Positions 19,838 through 30,300 of a stretch of 64,000 bases of DNA are shown here, piece after piece. This DNA is from an uncultured Myxococcales bacterium (GTDB lineage: Bacteria; Myxococcota; Kuafuiibacteriia; Kuafuiibacteriales; Kuafuiibacteriaceae): positions 21,075 to 85,074 of the forward strand of contig CAYYOT010000013.1 in NCBI GenBank assembly GCA_964473255.1, in the 5' to 3' direction. Both the position numbers and the translations under genes were made by a program. The notes under the pieces are model-generated. The model was not told the DNA's origin, made no database searches, and was given only the letters and a program-made list of their open reading frames with translations. Position 1 is the stretch's first letter; every line of letters starts with the position of its first letter.

Positions 19838-20844
19838 GCGCGGGCTCTCACCGCGCGCAGCGGCGCGGTCAACGGCGAATGCTTCAAGATGTCACGAGCC
19901 AGCTGCGGTGGATGGGGAGAGCTCCTGCCGGAAACGGCCTCCACCGCCCGAGAAACGGCCAGGCCCGCAAGGTTGGCCGCGTCCGCCAAGCCCGCGTACG
20001 CCACCCCGCCCCTCTTCGTGAAATATCGACGACGCGATTCGAACCAATAGCCCGGGCGACGTTTCGGGCCCTCCTGGGCCAGCGCCTTTCCCGTCATGCC
20101 CGTGGACTGCCCGCCCTCGTGGACGACCTGAGCGCCCGGATAATAGTAGCACTGAAATCCAGCGGCCTTCGCCCGCAGGCAGAACTCGGTCTCTTCGAAG
20201 TACAGAAAGAACCCATCGTCCATGAGACCAACGCGCTCGAAGACTTCGCGCCGGGCGACCATGCCGGCGCCCGAAACCCAGTCTACGGTCTGCAGCTCGT
20301 CGCCGAGCGGCGTTCGCACCAAGTGCTTCTCGAAGACGCGGTCGAACAGACTCACGTTGGCGTTGGCCAAAAACTCCGACATCACCGAATGAAAGCGGAA
20401 GGCCGAGGCGCGGACTTCACCCTCGTGCCCCAGGACCCGCACCCCGGCCAGCCTGACGTCCGGGCGCGCGTGCAAGAACTCTACGATGGCCGCAACGCAA
20501 CCCGGCTGGGCGTACGCATCGGGATTCAGGAAGAAGAATACGTCCGGGGGAACGGCACGACTCAGCGCCGGACCAACCGCCGCGTTGTTTCCACCGGCAA
20601 AGCCGTGGTTTTTCTCCTGGGGGAGAACGGTTACCCACGAACGCCAGTTGCGCTCCTCGACGGTGCGAAGGAGAAGTTCCGCCGAGCCATCGTTGGAGGC
20701 GTTGTCCACCACGCTCACGTGAAGCGTTGCGCCGTCGCTTCGCTGAGGCGCCAGCGATTCGAGCGCCCGCACGGCGAGCGGTCCGACCTTGAAGTTCACG
20801 ATGACGACCTCGATCGCCAGATTCGCCGGCCCCCCATGCATCAT
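19834..20844 (-). CDS. Glycosyltransferase family 2
   Basis: VIVNF, VVDNAS.D, NHGFAGGNN, FFLNPDA, FFLYFEETEFC; 4-nt overlap with the sulfotransferase. Confidence 0.92.
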   Translation of the reverse strand: MMHGGPANLAIEVVIVNFKVGPLAVRALESLAPQRSDGATLHVSVVDNASNDGSAELLLRTVEERNWRSWVTVLPQEKNHGFAGGNNAAVGPALSRAVPPDVFFFLNPDAYAQPGCVAAIVEFLHARPDVRLAGVRVLGHEGEVRASAFRFHSVMSEFLANANVSLFDRVFEKHLVRTPLGDELQTVDWVSGAGMVARREVFERVGLMDDGFFLYFEETEFCLRAKAAGFQCYYYPGAQVVHEGGQSTGMTGKALAQEGPKRRPGYWFESRRRYFTKRGGVAYAGLADAANLAGLAVSRAVEAVSGRSSPHPPQLARDILKHSPLTAPLRAVRARA

Positions 20845-20871
20845 CCTTTACTCCGTCGAATAACGGGGGGC

Positions 20872-21099
20872 TCAGCCGTCGGTCCGGTCGAAGCGGTCAT
20901 ATCGATCGCTGGGGTCGCACAGTCCGAGCGCTCCGCTGGTCGACTGCTCGGGAAGGCTGAGCGTGCCCTGTACGCGCTGGCGCGCTTCCCAGGCCGCCCA
21001 CTTGAGCTCCGCCAGCTCGTCGAGCTCTTCCTGAGGCGGCGTCAGGTCGTCGCGCACGATCAGCCATACCATCAAGATGATCATCACCATCCCGAGCAT
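20872..21099 (-). CDS. Possible small membrane-anchored protein
   Basis: Hydrophobic N-terminus followed by a charged helix; co-oriented with neighbours; no family recognised. Confidence 0.3.
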   Translation of the reverse strand: MLGMVMIILMVWLIVRDDLTPPQEELDELAELKWAAWEARQRVQGTLSLPEQSTSGALGLCDPSDRYDRFDRTDG

Positions 21100-21181
21100 C
21101 GCTGTCCGACCGTACCACGGACCCGCCGCCCGCTCCCAGGGCCGTGCGTCGTCGGCCGGACGCTGGACCTTCGCGTTGTGC

Positions 21182-21655
21182 TCACCCGCCGGTCACGGTC
21201 AGGGTGAAGGGGCCGTCCTGCCTACCTATCCCCTCGACGGCGCCATTGTTGTAGACCTCGATCCCGTATCGACCCGCGGGAACGGTTTCGGTGCCCGATT
21301 CGTCGAATCCTCCGATGACGTCGTCGATGGTTCCGATGAAGTCGCCGGTGTCGGTGTAGATCCAGAGCTCGAGGTCCGTCACTCCGTTGCTTTGCGTGAT
21401 CGTGTAGGTGCCGGCCGAAACCTCGACGCCATAGAGCGGTCCCGGGTCCACCTGTGCCCCCGCGCACCCGCCGTAGCTCGTGCCCACTACGATGATGAAG
21501 GGGTCGGTGAGCGTGCCCGAGCCGGCGAGTGGCGTCTCGCCGGGGCCTCGGTTCGCACAGTTCAAGCCGCCGCCGCTGCCGTCACCGTCGTCGCCGCATC
21601 CGGCCGTCAGCGCCAAGGCCGCGGGGAACATGATCGCCAACATCGTCGTCTTCAT
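21182..21655 (-). CDS. Small lipoprotein with PPC-like beta-sandwich
   Basis: Lipobox LTAGC-GDD; beta-rich D-L-E-L-W..G-R-Y-G-I-E-V..FTLTV pattern; GGAGG RBS. Confidence 0.65.
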   Translation of the reverse strand: MKTTMLAIMFPAALALTAGCGDDGDGSGGGLNCANRGPGETPLAGSGTLTDPFIIVVGTSYGGCAGAQVDPGPLYGVEVSAGTYTITQSNGVTDLELWIYTDTGDFIGTIDDVIGGFDESGTETVPAGRYGIEVYNNGAVEGIGRQDGPFTLTVTGG

Positions 21656-21763
21656 GATTCGTCCTCCGCGGCCACCCTTCCACGGCTGTCGACGCTGGTC
21701 GACGGTGTCGTTGCGCTCCCGCCAACTCGGCTCAAGGGGGAAGCTGAATCCCGTAGCGCGTGC

Positions 21764-23530
21764 TCAGGTAGTCCTCGATGTCTTCGCGTTCTTCAGGCGT
21801 CGTTCTTCAGGCGTGATCGGGCGGTCGTAGATCAGAACCTCGCTCAAGCGCCGGTCGCCGTTCGGGCGTGCCGTGAAGACGCCTCCGACCGCGGACTGCT
21901 CGACAGGAAAGGCCTCGATGTTCCCGTTCCCGAGGCCGCCAGTCGTGCGTGTGAGCGTCTGACTGGCCCCGTCGATCCAGTAGGAGAGCTCGTTGAGGAC
22001 TGGCTCTCCGCGAGTCATCGTCTCCATCTGCATCACGTGGATGTGCGCATCGGAATCGGTCGCCAACGTGAGGTCGTAGGCGTTGTTCGTGACGTACGCC
22101 CCGAATCTCCCTGCAGTCCCGCTGGCGCGGAACGTATTGGCCTCCATCATTAGGTACGTCCCCGCGGTCCCACGAACACCCTGCAGAATGACCGTCGTGC
22201 GGTCGGATACCGACAGAAGCTCCCAGACCGCGATGTAGGTGCGGCCCGCGGTATTGGGAATGCCGAGCGCGTCGTCCCGACGGAGGTCGTCATCGCCGAC
22301 AAACGACAGCGCAGGAAGTCCCCCGGCGGCGCTCGCCGTGCGCGTGGGCTGAAGGGCAGCGTCCGACTGGGCGAACGCGTTTCCGCTTCCGCTGAAGTCG
22401 CACCACGTGCACACCGAGCCCTCGGGTCCCGAAGCCAGGCCGCGGTCGGCGCGGAGCCACGTGACGAGGCCGGTGGCGGTCGGCGGGCCGGCGGGCGCGG
22501 ATCGGGCGGCGCAGTTGGTCGGACACACGAAGTGCACGCCGTCCCGCCCCGCCAGATACACTTCCTCCAGCTCGGCGACGGAAAGAACTTCGTTCCAGAT
22601 GGCGAGCTCATCCAGCTCGCCTTCGAAGTACGCGTTCTGGAAGAAGGAGTGATAGCCGAGCACCAGACCCTCGGCGCCGAAGTTGATGTCGGGCAAGTTG
22701 ACGGGCGTGGCCTCCTGAAAGAGCCCGTCTCGATACATGCGGACTTCCGTGCCGTCCATCGTCACTGCGATGTGGACCCACTCGTTTGGAGGAACGCACG
22801 CGAGGGTGCCGGCGATGTGCTCGTTTTGAACGTCCCCCCCGCCTTCCACGAACGCGGCGATGGTGCCGCTCGGGCGAACCGCGATCCCCCACCCTTCCCA
22901 GGCCGAGGGCCCGTTCCCGAGATTGACGGCGACGGTTCTGATCGGCGTCGGGTACCGGGCCACTCGGATCCACGCCGAGACGGTGAAGAGACTGCTCTTT
23001 TCGACGTCGCCGCTGATCAGCGCCGCCGCCCCGTCGAACGCCGCCGCATCTTCTACCTGCCCGTCGGTTCCCAGTCCGGTTTCCGCCGCGGCGTTGGCCA
23101 GGACCACCGAGCTCGTCCCGGCGCCGCTGATGATGGTGTCGCCAGCGACCTGAGCCTCGTCGAACGTGAAGTAGGCGGTCGGCGCGGGCCCGGAGTAGCC
23201 GACCGGGGGGCGGCTCAGCTTGGGAGCGCTACACCCCGCGTCGCCGCCGCCGTCCGAGATGGAGCTCGCGTCGCCGTCGAGTCCAGAGTCGAGACCAGCA
23301 TCCACGCCGGCGTCGGGAAGAGGACCAGCGTCCGCTCGAGCATCAGGAGCCATGCCGGCGTCGGGCTGCTGAACATCGGCGTCGCGTCGCATCGCCGCGT
23401 CGGCGGCAGCCGCGTCCGGTGAGACCAACGCATCGACCCGACCCGCATCCCGCGGCGATGATCCGTCATCGTCATCGCTGCACGCCGCGGACAACGCGAC
23501 CAAGCCGAGGAGCCCCAGCGCGTACTTCAT
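21764..23530 (-). CDS. Lipoprotein with two LamG/concanavalin A-like domains; C-terminus frameshifted by a 14-bp duplication
   Basis: Lipobox LSAAC-SDD, FTVSAWI, WVHIAVTMDG, FEGELDELAIWN, LVTWLRAD, SEVLIYDR. Removing the duplication restores ..EEREDIEDYLSTRYGIQLPP* (stop at 21732-21734). Confidence 0.8.
   Translation of the reverse strand: MKYALGLLGLVALSAACSDDDDGSSPRDAGRVDALVSPDAAAADAAMRRDADVQQPDAGMAPDARADAGPLPDAGVDAGLDSGLDGDASSISDGGGDAGCSAPKLSRPPVGYSGPAPTAYFTFDEAQVAGDTIISGAGTSSVVLANAAAETGLGTDGQVEDAAAFDGAAALISGDVEKSSLFTVSAWIRVARYPTPIRTVAVNLGNGPSAWEGWGIAVRPSGTIAAFVEGGGDVQNEHIAGTLACVPPNEWVHIAVTMDGTEVRMYRDGLFQEATPVNLPDINFGAEGLVLGYHSFFQNAYFEGELDELAIWNEVLSVAELEEVYLAGRDGVHFVCPTNCAARSAPAGPPTATGLVTWLRADRGLASGPEGSVCTWCDFSGSGNAFAQSDAALQPTRTASAAGGLPALSFVGDDDLRRDDALGIPNTAGRTYIAVWELLSVSDRTTVILQGVRGTAGTYLMMEANTFRASGTAGRFGAYVTNNAYDLTLATDSDAHIHVMQMETMTRGEPVLNELSYWIDGASQTLTRTTGGLGNGNIEAFPVEQSAVGGVFTARPNGDRRLSEVLIYDRPITPEERRLKNAKTSRTT
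21787..21814. repeat. Perfect 14-bp tandem duplication
   Basis: cgttcttcaggcgt repeated at 21787-21800 and 21801-21814. Confidence 0.95.
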
Positions 23531-23709
23531 GGCCGAACGGTACCCGCGTCGATTCGCGTTTGAAACGGGCAGGAGCTCCAGACGCGACCAAAACCGTGTC
23601 CCCGCGGAGCTACGACCTGTGACCCGCATAGCCCCCGTGGGTCCAGGAATCGAATGTCTTCGTCCCCGGAACCGATCTGCGGTAGCGGGCATCCTCGAAG
23701 GAGGCTGGC

Positions 23710-24063
23710 ATGCACTACACGATTTCGACGACTTGGGGTCCCACGGACACGACGCGGGCCGCACTGCCTTTCATCTTTGCCGAAGCCGCCGCCGACTCCG
23801 GCGACACGGCGATGATCATGCTCTTTCACGACTCGATCCTTCTCGCGGTCAAAGGCACACACGAGCTGATCGTACCCGTCGGACCCAAGCCCAACTTCAA
23901 AACGGTGTTCGGCCATGACGCGATCGAAGTGATCGTTTGTAAGCCGTGCGCTGAAGCCCGCGGCATCACCGAAGACATGCTCGTCCCCGGCTGCCGCATG
24001 GGAGGCATGGGCGACTTCCTCACCCACGCCGCTCGCCCCGACAGCAAACAGGTCACCTTCTGA
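23710..24063 (+). CDS. DsrE/DsrF-like family protein
   Basis: 117 aa; GPTDTTRAALPF..MLFHDSI, VCKPCAEARGI..GGMGDF; GGAGG RBS. Confidence 0.8.
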   Translation: MHYTISTTWGPTDTTRAALPFIFAEAAADSGDTAMIMLFHDSILLAVKGTHELIVPVGPKPNFKTVFGHDAIEVIVCKPCAEARGITEDMLVPGCRMGGMGDFLTHAARPDSKQVTF

Positions 24064-24192
24064 CACCACTGGGTCAGCAGCGATCCGAGGGCGACACCAT
24101 CGACAGCGACCGGGGTCCCCGAGGCGTTTAACCGACGCAAACGTCGGAAGGTGCTTTCCGCCTCGCGCCGGGTCCCTATTGTGGGACGCGTC

Positions 24193-27006
24193 ATGCGGAA
24201 CCGAATCGCCTGGTTAGGCCTAGGGTTGGCTCTTGGGGCCTGCGGGGACGACGGCGGAAACGCGGGCGGGGCGCCCGACGAGTGGCGGGTGCTGGCCTCG
24301 GGCTTTCCGGAGGCGGTCCTGGCCGTCGACGGCACGAGCCGAAGCAACGTCTTCGTCGTGGGGGCCAACCAGGGGCAGGGGCCGCTCATCGAGCGCTACG
24401 ACGGCACGCGCTGGGAGCGGATACGCTTCGACCAAGACGTTTCGCTGTGGTGGGTCGACGTGGTCGACGAGACAACCGCGTTCGCGGCCGGGACGCGGGC
24501 GACGGTCCTTCGCATTCGCGACGGCGTGCCCGAGCGCCTGCCCACGCCGGGCCTGTCCAAGCATACGGTCTTCGGGCTGTGGGCGCGAAGTGAGTCCGAC
24601 GTGTACGCCGTGGGTGCCGTCCGCGGCCGTGACGGCTTCATTTGGCGGTACGACGGAACCGACTGGACGGAGCTCGAGCTTCCCCGGAGCCTCGCCTCCC
24701 CCGCCCTGGGTCGGGGACCGGCGCTGTTCAAGGTCTGGGGCAACGACGAGGCGGTGTGGGTCGTGGGCGGCCAGGGTCTCGTCATGCGTTCCACGGACGG
24801 AACCACGTTCGACGTCGTCGAGAGCGGAACGAATCAGCTTCTCTTCACCGTCCACGGAGGCGGAAGCGAAGTGGGCTTCGTCGGCGGCGGGACGGAAGCC
24901 GTTTTGCTGGAGGCCGAAGACGAGGCGCTCGTGGCTCGAGAGGTGCCGCCCGTCGGCATCATCCAGGGCCTGTACTACAGCGGCGACGGCTCCCAGGCGG
25001 TCGCCACCGGACGCGACGGTCTGGTCTTCATGCGGAGCCCGGAAGGCTGGGAACGAGAGAACACGGAGCTCAGCCTCGGAATCGAAAGCCTGCACGCGGC
25101 ATGGATCGATCCGGAGGGCGGGATCTGGGCGGTGGGCGGAAACGTCCTGAGCGATCGCCTGGACGAGGGCGTGGTGATCGTGCGCGGCGTGAGCGCCGAG
25201 GACCTGCCCCCGCCGGAGGTGGTGCAGCCCCCCCCGCCGGAATGCCCCATCGAGGAGGTGGACCCGACGCCCGACAAGTCGATCGCCCGCCGCTGGATCG
25301 AGCAGAACCTGAACGCCATTCGTCGCGACATTCCGCGACCCACGGTGCACGCTCGGAATCTATTTCACGTGTCGGCCGCGATGTACGACATCTGGGCCGC
25401 AACCGAGGACGGCCCGAGCCAGGTCTTCATCGACGAGACCTTCCCGCCCCCCGCCGACCTCGACGCCTTTCGCCAGACGGCCATGAGCTACGCGGCGTAC
25501 CGGATCCTCACCCATCGCTACGAACCCCCGGCCGTGGGCGGCGAGGTCACGGTGGACTGCCTCGACCGCTTCATGGACGTGCTGGGCCTCGACCCCGACG
25601 ACACCACCGCCGAGGGCGACTCCGCCGTGGCCTTCGGCAACCGGGTCGGCGCCGTGCTCATCGAGTTCGGGCGCACCGACGGCGCCAACGAGGCGGCCGA
25701 TTACGTCGACCCCGACGGCTACGAGCCAGTGAATCCGCCGCTGGTGGTCGACGGCCCGGGCACCGTGATGAACGACCCGGCACGCTGGCAGGAGCTCGAC
25801 CTGGCGGTACAGGTGACTCAGAACGGCATCAACATCGGCTCTGGCGTGGTCCCGTACATCGGGCCCCACTGGCGCGACGTGACCCCGTTTGCGCTCGTGC
25901 GACCGGCGCCCGATGCGCCCTACTACGACGTGGGCGACGGCCCGACGTTCACTCCCGACATCATCGAGCAGGTGGTCCAGGTCATCGACCGCACGAGCCT
26001 CCTGGACGTGGACCTCTTGAACATGATCGACACCTCACCCCGGGGCTACGGCAACAACAGCCTCGGCGCGGACGACGGTGGCGGCTACGACGAAAACCCC
26101 GTGACCGGCGAGCCCTACGCGCCGGTCATGGTGAACCAGTCGGACTTCGGCCGCATCATGGCCGAGTACTGGGCCGACGGTCCCAACTCCGAAACTCCGC
26201 CCGGCCACTGGAATACGATCGCCCACGAAACGATGGACCGCGCGGACTTCGACCGGCGCTTCGAGGGTGAAGGGGAGCCGCTGGGTGAACTGGAGTATGA
26301 CGTCAAGCTTCACCTCGCCCTGAACGGCGGCCTGCACGACGCGGCGATCACCGCCTGGGAGCTGAAGCGCATCTTCGAGTCGTCTCGGCCGGTCAGCCTG
26401 GTGCGCTACATGGCGCAGCTCGGCCAGTCGACGGAGACCGACGCCGACGACTACGACCCGATGGGTCTGCCGCTACGGCCCGGGCTCATCGAGCGCATTA
26501 CCGAACAGAGCAGCCAACCCGGCGAGCGTCATGCGGCGCTCTATCCCTACGTGGGCGAGCTGGCCCTGCGCTCTTGGCGCGGCGAGCCGGGCGACCCCGT
26601 GAACGAGTACAGCGGCGTGGCCTGGATCCGCGCGCTGGAGTGGGTGCCGTACCAGCGAGAGACGTTCGTGACGCCCGCCTTTCCCGGCTTTACGTCGGGG
26701 CACAGCACGTTCAGCCGCGCGGCGGCCGAGGTGATGGCTCTGTTCACCGGCAGCCCGTACTTTCCGGGGGGCTTTTATGAGATTCCGATCCGCCAGAACC
26801 AGTATCTGACGTTCGAGGAGGGCCCCACGACCGATGTCCCCCTCCAGTTTGCCAGCTACTACGACTGCGCCGATCAAGCCGGCCAGTCGCGCATCTGGGG
26901 CGGCATCCACATCGTGGCCGACGACTACATCGGCCGCGAGACCGGCTCCCAGACCGGCATCACCGCCTTCGAGGCCGCCAAACAGTACTTCCAAGGCCTC
27001 CGCTAG
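24193..27006 (+). CDS. Lipoprotein: N-terminal beta-propeller-like repeats fused to a vanadium-dependent haloperoxidase/PAP2-superfamily domain
   Basis: Lipobox LALGAC-GDD; repeats GLWARSESDVYAVG / KVWGNDEAVWVVG; ARRWIEQNLNAIRRD.PRPTVHARNLFH; active-site motifs KRIFESSRP, PAFPGFTSGHS, SRIWGGIH. Confidence 0.85.
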   Translation: MRNRIAWLGLGLALGACGDDGGNAGGAPDEWRVLASGFPEAVLAVDGTSRSNVFVVGANQGQGPLIERYDGTRWERIRFDQDVSLWWVDVVDETTAFAAGTRATVLRIRDGVPERLPTPGLSKHTVFGLWARSESDVYAVGAVRGRDGFIWRYDGTDWTELELPRSLASPALGRGPALFKVWGNDEAVWVVGGQGLVMRSTDGTTFDVVESGTNQLLFTVHGGGSEVGFVGGGTEAVLLEAEDEALVAREVPPVGIIQGLYYSGDGSQAVATGRDGLVFMRSPEGWERENTELSLGIESLHAAWIDPEGGIWAVGGNVLSDRLDEGVVIVRGVSAEDLPPPEVVQPPPPECPIEEVDPTPDKSIARRWIEQNLNAIRRDIPRPTVHARNLFHVSAAMYDIWAATEDGPSQVFIDETFPPPADLDAFRQTAMSYAAYRILTHRYEPPAVGGEVTVDCLDRFMDVLGLDPDDTTAEGDSAVAFGNRVGAVLIEFGRTDGANEAADYVDPDGYEPVNPPLVVDGPGTVMNDPARWQELDLAVQVTQNGINIGSGVVPYIGPHWRDVTPFALVRPAPDAPYYDVGDGPTFTPDIIEQVVQVIDRTSLLDVDLLNMIDTSPRGYGNNSLGADDGGGYDENPVTGEPYAPVMVNQSDFGRIMAEYWADGPNSETPPGHWNTIAHETMDRADFDRRFEGEGEPLGELEYDVKLHLALNGGLHDAAITAWELKRIFESSRPVSLVRYMAQLGQSTETDADDYDPMGLPLRPGLIERITEQSSQPGERHAALYPYVGELALRSWRGEPGDPVNEYSGVAWIRALEWVPYQRETFVTPAFPGFTSGHSTFSRAAAEVMALFTGSPYFPGGFYEIPIRQNQYLTFEEGPTTDVPLQFASYYDCADQAGQSRIWGGIHIVADDYIGRETGSQTGITAFEAAKQYFQGLR

Positions 27007-27018
27007 CCCGCACCACCC

Positions 27019-27034
27019 GAGGGGCTCCTGCACC
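27019..27034 (+). repeat. Short direct repeat, copy 1 (GAGGGGCTCCTGCACC)
   Basis: 12-nt identity plus CACC with the copy at 32313-32330; a shorter AGGGGCTCCT lies at 32616-32625. Confidence 0.45.
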
Positions 27035-27357
27035 TTCTACTCGCACGATCATGACGCGATCGACAGTCGGCCGTTCTGCTCATGCGGTGTGACGCAAACG
27101 TGAAATCGCCCGCGATGCGGCGGCAGGCGACCAGCTCGGCAACAGCGTCGCGCTGGCCGGCGACAACGGCACTCGTGGGAGCGATCCTCGACGATACGAC
27201 CGCCGGAGGAAGAAGCGCCCGCTCAGCCTACGTTATTGTGCGCGCGGGTAAAGTCTGGACCGAACCGGGAGAACTCCAGCGAAGCCAGTGTACTTAGACC
27301 GAGGCTTTGGAACGGAGACTCCGGCCGGAGATCTCAATAGGGGGTTCAAGATTCCGA

Positions 27358-30300
27358 CTACGAACCTGCCTCGGCAAGAGGACGCCTCGAACGATTCAAC
27401 ACGGCTTCCTCGGTCAGCGGACTCGAGGGGTGGTTGGAAAGGCAGTACGGTGTGGCGATTCGCTGCGGGGCCGACATGCCTTCCGAGTAGGCATAGAAGC
27501 ACCCCGCCTTCAGCCTGGCAACGTCGCTGCCATCGCCACCACGGTCGCGGATTTGCTGCTGTGCGGCAGCAATTGCTGCCGGTGAATTGACCTTGCCAAA
27601 GAGAAGCGTCTTCGCATTCGAGATGATGGTGTGGTCGATACTTCGCGGCTCCTGCGAGGCGAACACGAGGCCAAGTCCGTACTTGCGTGCCTGAGCGGCC
27701 AGACGTCGGAAGCTCTCTCGACAGGCCACGGCTTTGGCGGCTGGCACGAAGTCTTTCGCCTCATCAATCACCATAAGCCCCCGAATGGTCCCGTCCGGAG
27801 CTGGGTTCTTCTTGATCCAAACAAACAGAATTCGAGCCAACTGGTCGAGGAAGGTCCTCTGCCCTTCCAGATCAGGAATACCAATGAAGTTCAAGACGGA
27901 GATGCGCGTTCGATGCCTGCCGAGACCGAAGAGCACCGATGGGTCTAACGACGTCCCGTCCCCCTGGAGCAGCCGGTCCATCTGCATTCGAGCCCGGAGC
28001 TCGTCGGCAAGTTCACGAACCAGCTTACCGGCCCGATCATAGCCCTCGAGAACAGTCGACGGGGGATCCGTCAGCACCGCCAGCAGATCCCTCAGACTCG
28101 AGCTATCCGACTCTGCCAGCACGTCAAGAGCTCGGTCGATGAGCGCTGTCTTCGTCGTTACGCTACGTCCGGTCACTTGAAGCATCTCAACCAAGCTTCC
28201 GCGAGTAATCTCCTTTGCGATCGCATACTCGTCGGGGGCATCCCGAATGCTGGATAGGTCGGGGATCGGGTTTAATTGCAGCGAACGTCCTGCCTCTCTC
28301 CCCGGCGTGAATACGACAGCTTCCGTCTGATCGAAATAGCGTGCGGCCTTGCCGCGGTCGGCCTCCCGGAACCCGTTTGGCTCCGCTGGCCAAGGGTCCC
28401 CAAGGCAGGCCAGGTCATTCGCACCGTCGATGACGATCGAGGGTACGCCGGCTAGTGCCGACTCTTCGACCAAGCGTTTCAAAAAGACCGTTTTTCCCGA
28501 GCCGCTCCCAGCGAGGATCACCGTGTGATTTGTGAGCTGCCCGAGAGACACCGCAACCTCAGGACCCTTGCCGGCTCCCGAGTACGCCTCCCCCAGCGGG
28601 ATAGAAGTCTGCAGGCCCGGTTGGCGATGTTCGGGATGGGACTCGGCCTCAGATGCATGCAGAGGCCGCGTACCCTTGGGCGAGGATTCCGACGTTGCAG
28701 CCTCGGAACCGCCTGCCACCGATGGCGACGAAAAGAGCCAATCAGCGGAGGCCGACAACATGGCCATCGAGTGGATCGGCTTCTTGTCGCGAAGCCAGCT
28801 CTTCAACCCTGGCAGATCTTCAGTTGTCTTCCAGAGCTCGCCCAGAGCCCAGAGAGTCGCGAGATCCTCAGTGCCGGGGTTGAGGAGAATGCCGCCTCGC
28901 TTCCCGAACGTGTCCATTAATCGGGCGGTCACCGGCCCACTCGGAACGTCGGTCGTCCGGAACAGAATCAGGCGCCGAAAACCAAGGGCTCTGTCGATGC
29001 CGGACTCCGTCATGGCCGCCTTCAGCCTCGCCTGGAACGCGCTGGGGTGCTTGCTCTGGAGAAAGCGAAATCCAAGGCAGCGCTCTCTATCGCCCTTATC
29101 ATGGTGGACGATGCGAATGAGCGCATGCAGTGGGTCGTAGCTCTTGTTCGTTGTAAACGTCTTCGTAACCTCCGCGTCCTTGTCCGTCGGTAAAATCACT
29201 TCGACCGCAAGTGTGTCGCAAAGCGCTTCAATAAGAGCATCCTGAGCTTCCTCGGCGTTCGGTTCGAGGACTGGTCCAACTTCGAAACGAGCACGAGCCC
29301 GGTCGAACTGATCTGTGAAGGCGTCGCCCGTATTGGGGACTGGCACTGCGTCTGCGGCGCCCGACAAAGACTGAAGCTCCCGCACTTCGTGGCGAAGGAG
29401 ACATGCCTCGACATGCTCACCGCATCGCCGCAGGACCTCGCGAGGGTACAATCCCACCCCCTCTCTGAGCGCTTCCTCTTGGATAGGCCAGGTCGGATAC
29501 GGCGGCTCAAAGCCAACGGAGCGATACGCCGGAATGGTCCGTGCCTCCAGGAGGGACATCGCAATGGTGTGATCATCGAGGGGCCGAAGTGTCGTTGGTG
29601 CCTCGTATCGACCGGCGACAGGCGCGATCGACCTTTCCCTGAGCGTGCTCCACGTGCTTTCGAGGCAGGACACAACGAGCATCGTCCGCGGCATCAGGTC
29701 TCGGAGCGACATTAGTCCCCCTGCGATTCCTTCTACAATCGACAGTGACGCCTGCTGGCGCCCAAACGGATCTCCGAGTGTATCTTCCTGGCCGGACGCG
29801 AGCTGGTGCTCGCGTACGATGTTGTCCATCTGATCAAAAGAGAGGACCAGCGGTGCGCGCAACGACAGAAGCCAGCCTAAGCCTTTCACAACCTGAGGTG
29901 GCTCAGGATTCTGGTTCCTGAAGTCGTGATGAAACCCCGTCTGGTCGTTCACACCCAAGCTCTGAAGCCACGCGTAGCCGATGTTCATTAGCTCGAAATC
30001 CGTCGAGCCGAGAAGAACGAGCGCCCGAACGACGTCCTGATGCTCCAATGCTGCTGCCATGTCCCTCTTCGCCAGCTCTCCGATGATCGTGCGGATTCGA
30101 TTGTTGAGTCTGGGTGGGCGCAGCTCTCGGAGCTCGCTAACGGAGGACACGTTCAGAGAATCGCCACAGAGCTCGACGATACCCTCGAGCGTCTCCACGT
30201 ACTGAGGCTGACCAGTGCAGCCCGGCTTCATGATCGACTTGAACGCACCCAGTAAAACAGTGTCCCAAAAACTCGAGACGTTCGAGAGATCAACGGACAG

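Noticed and set aside
27082-27297. Small ORF between the haloperoxidase and the ATPase gene
   Set aside because: No RBS, no motif and composition like random GC-rich sequence.
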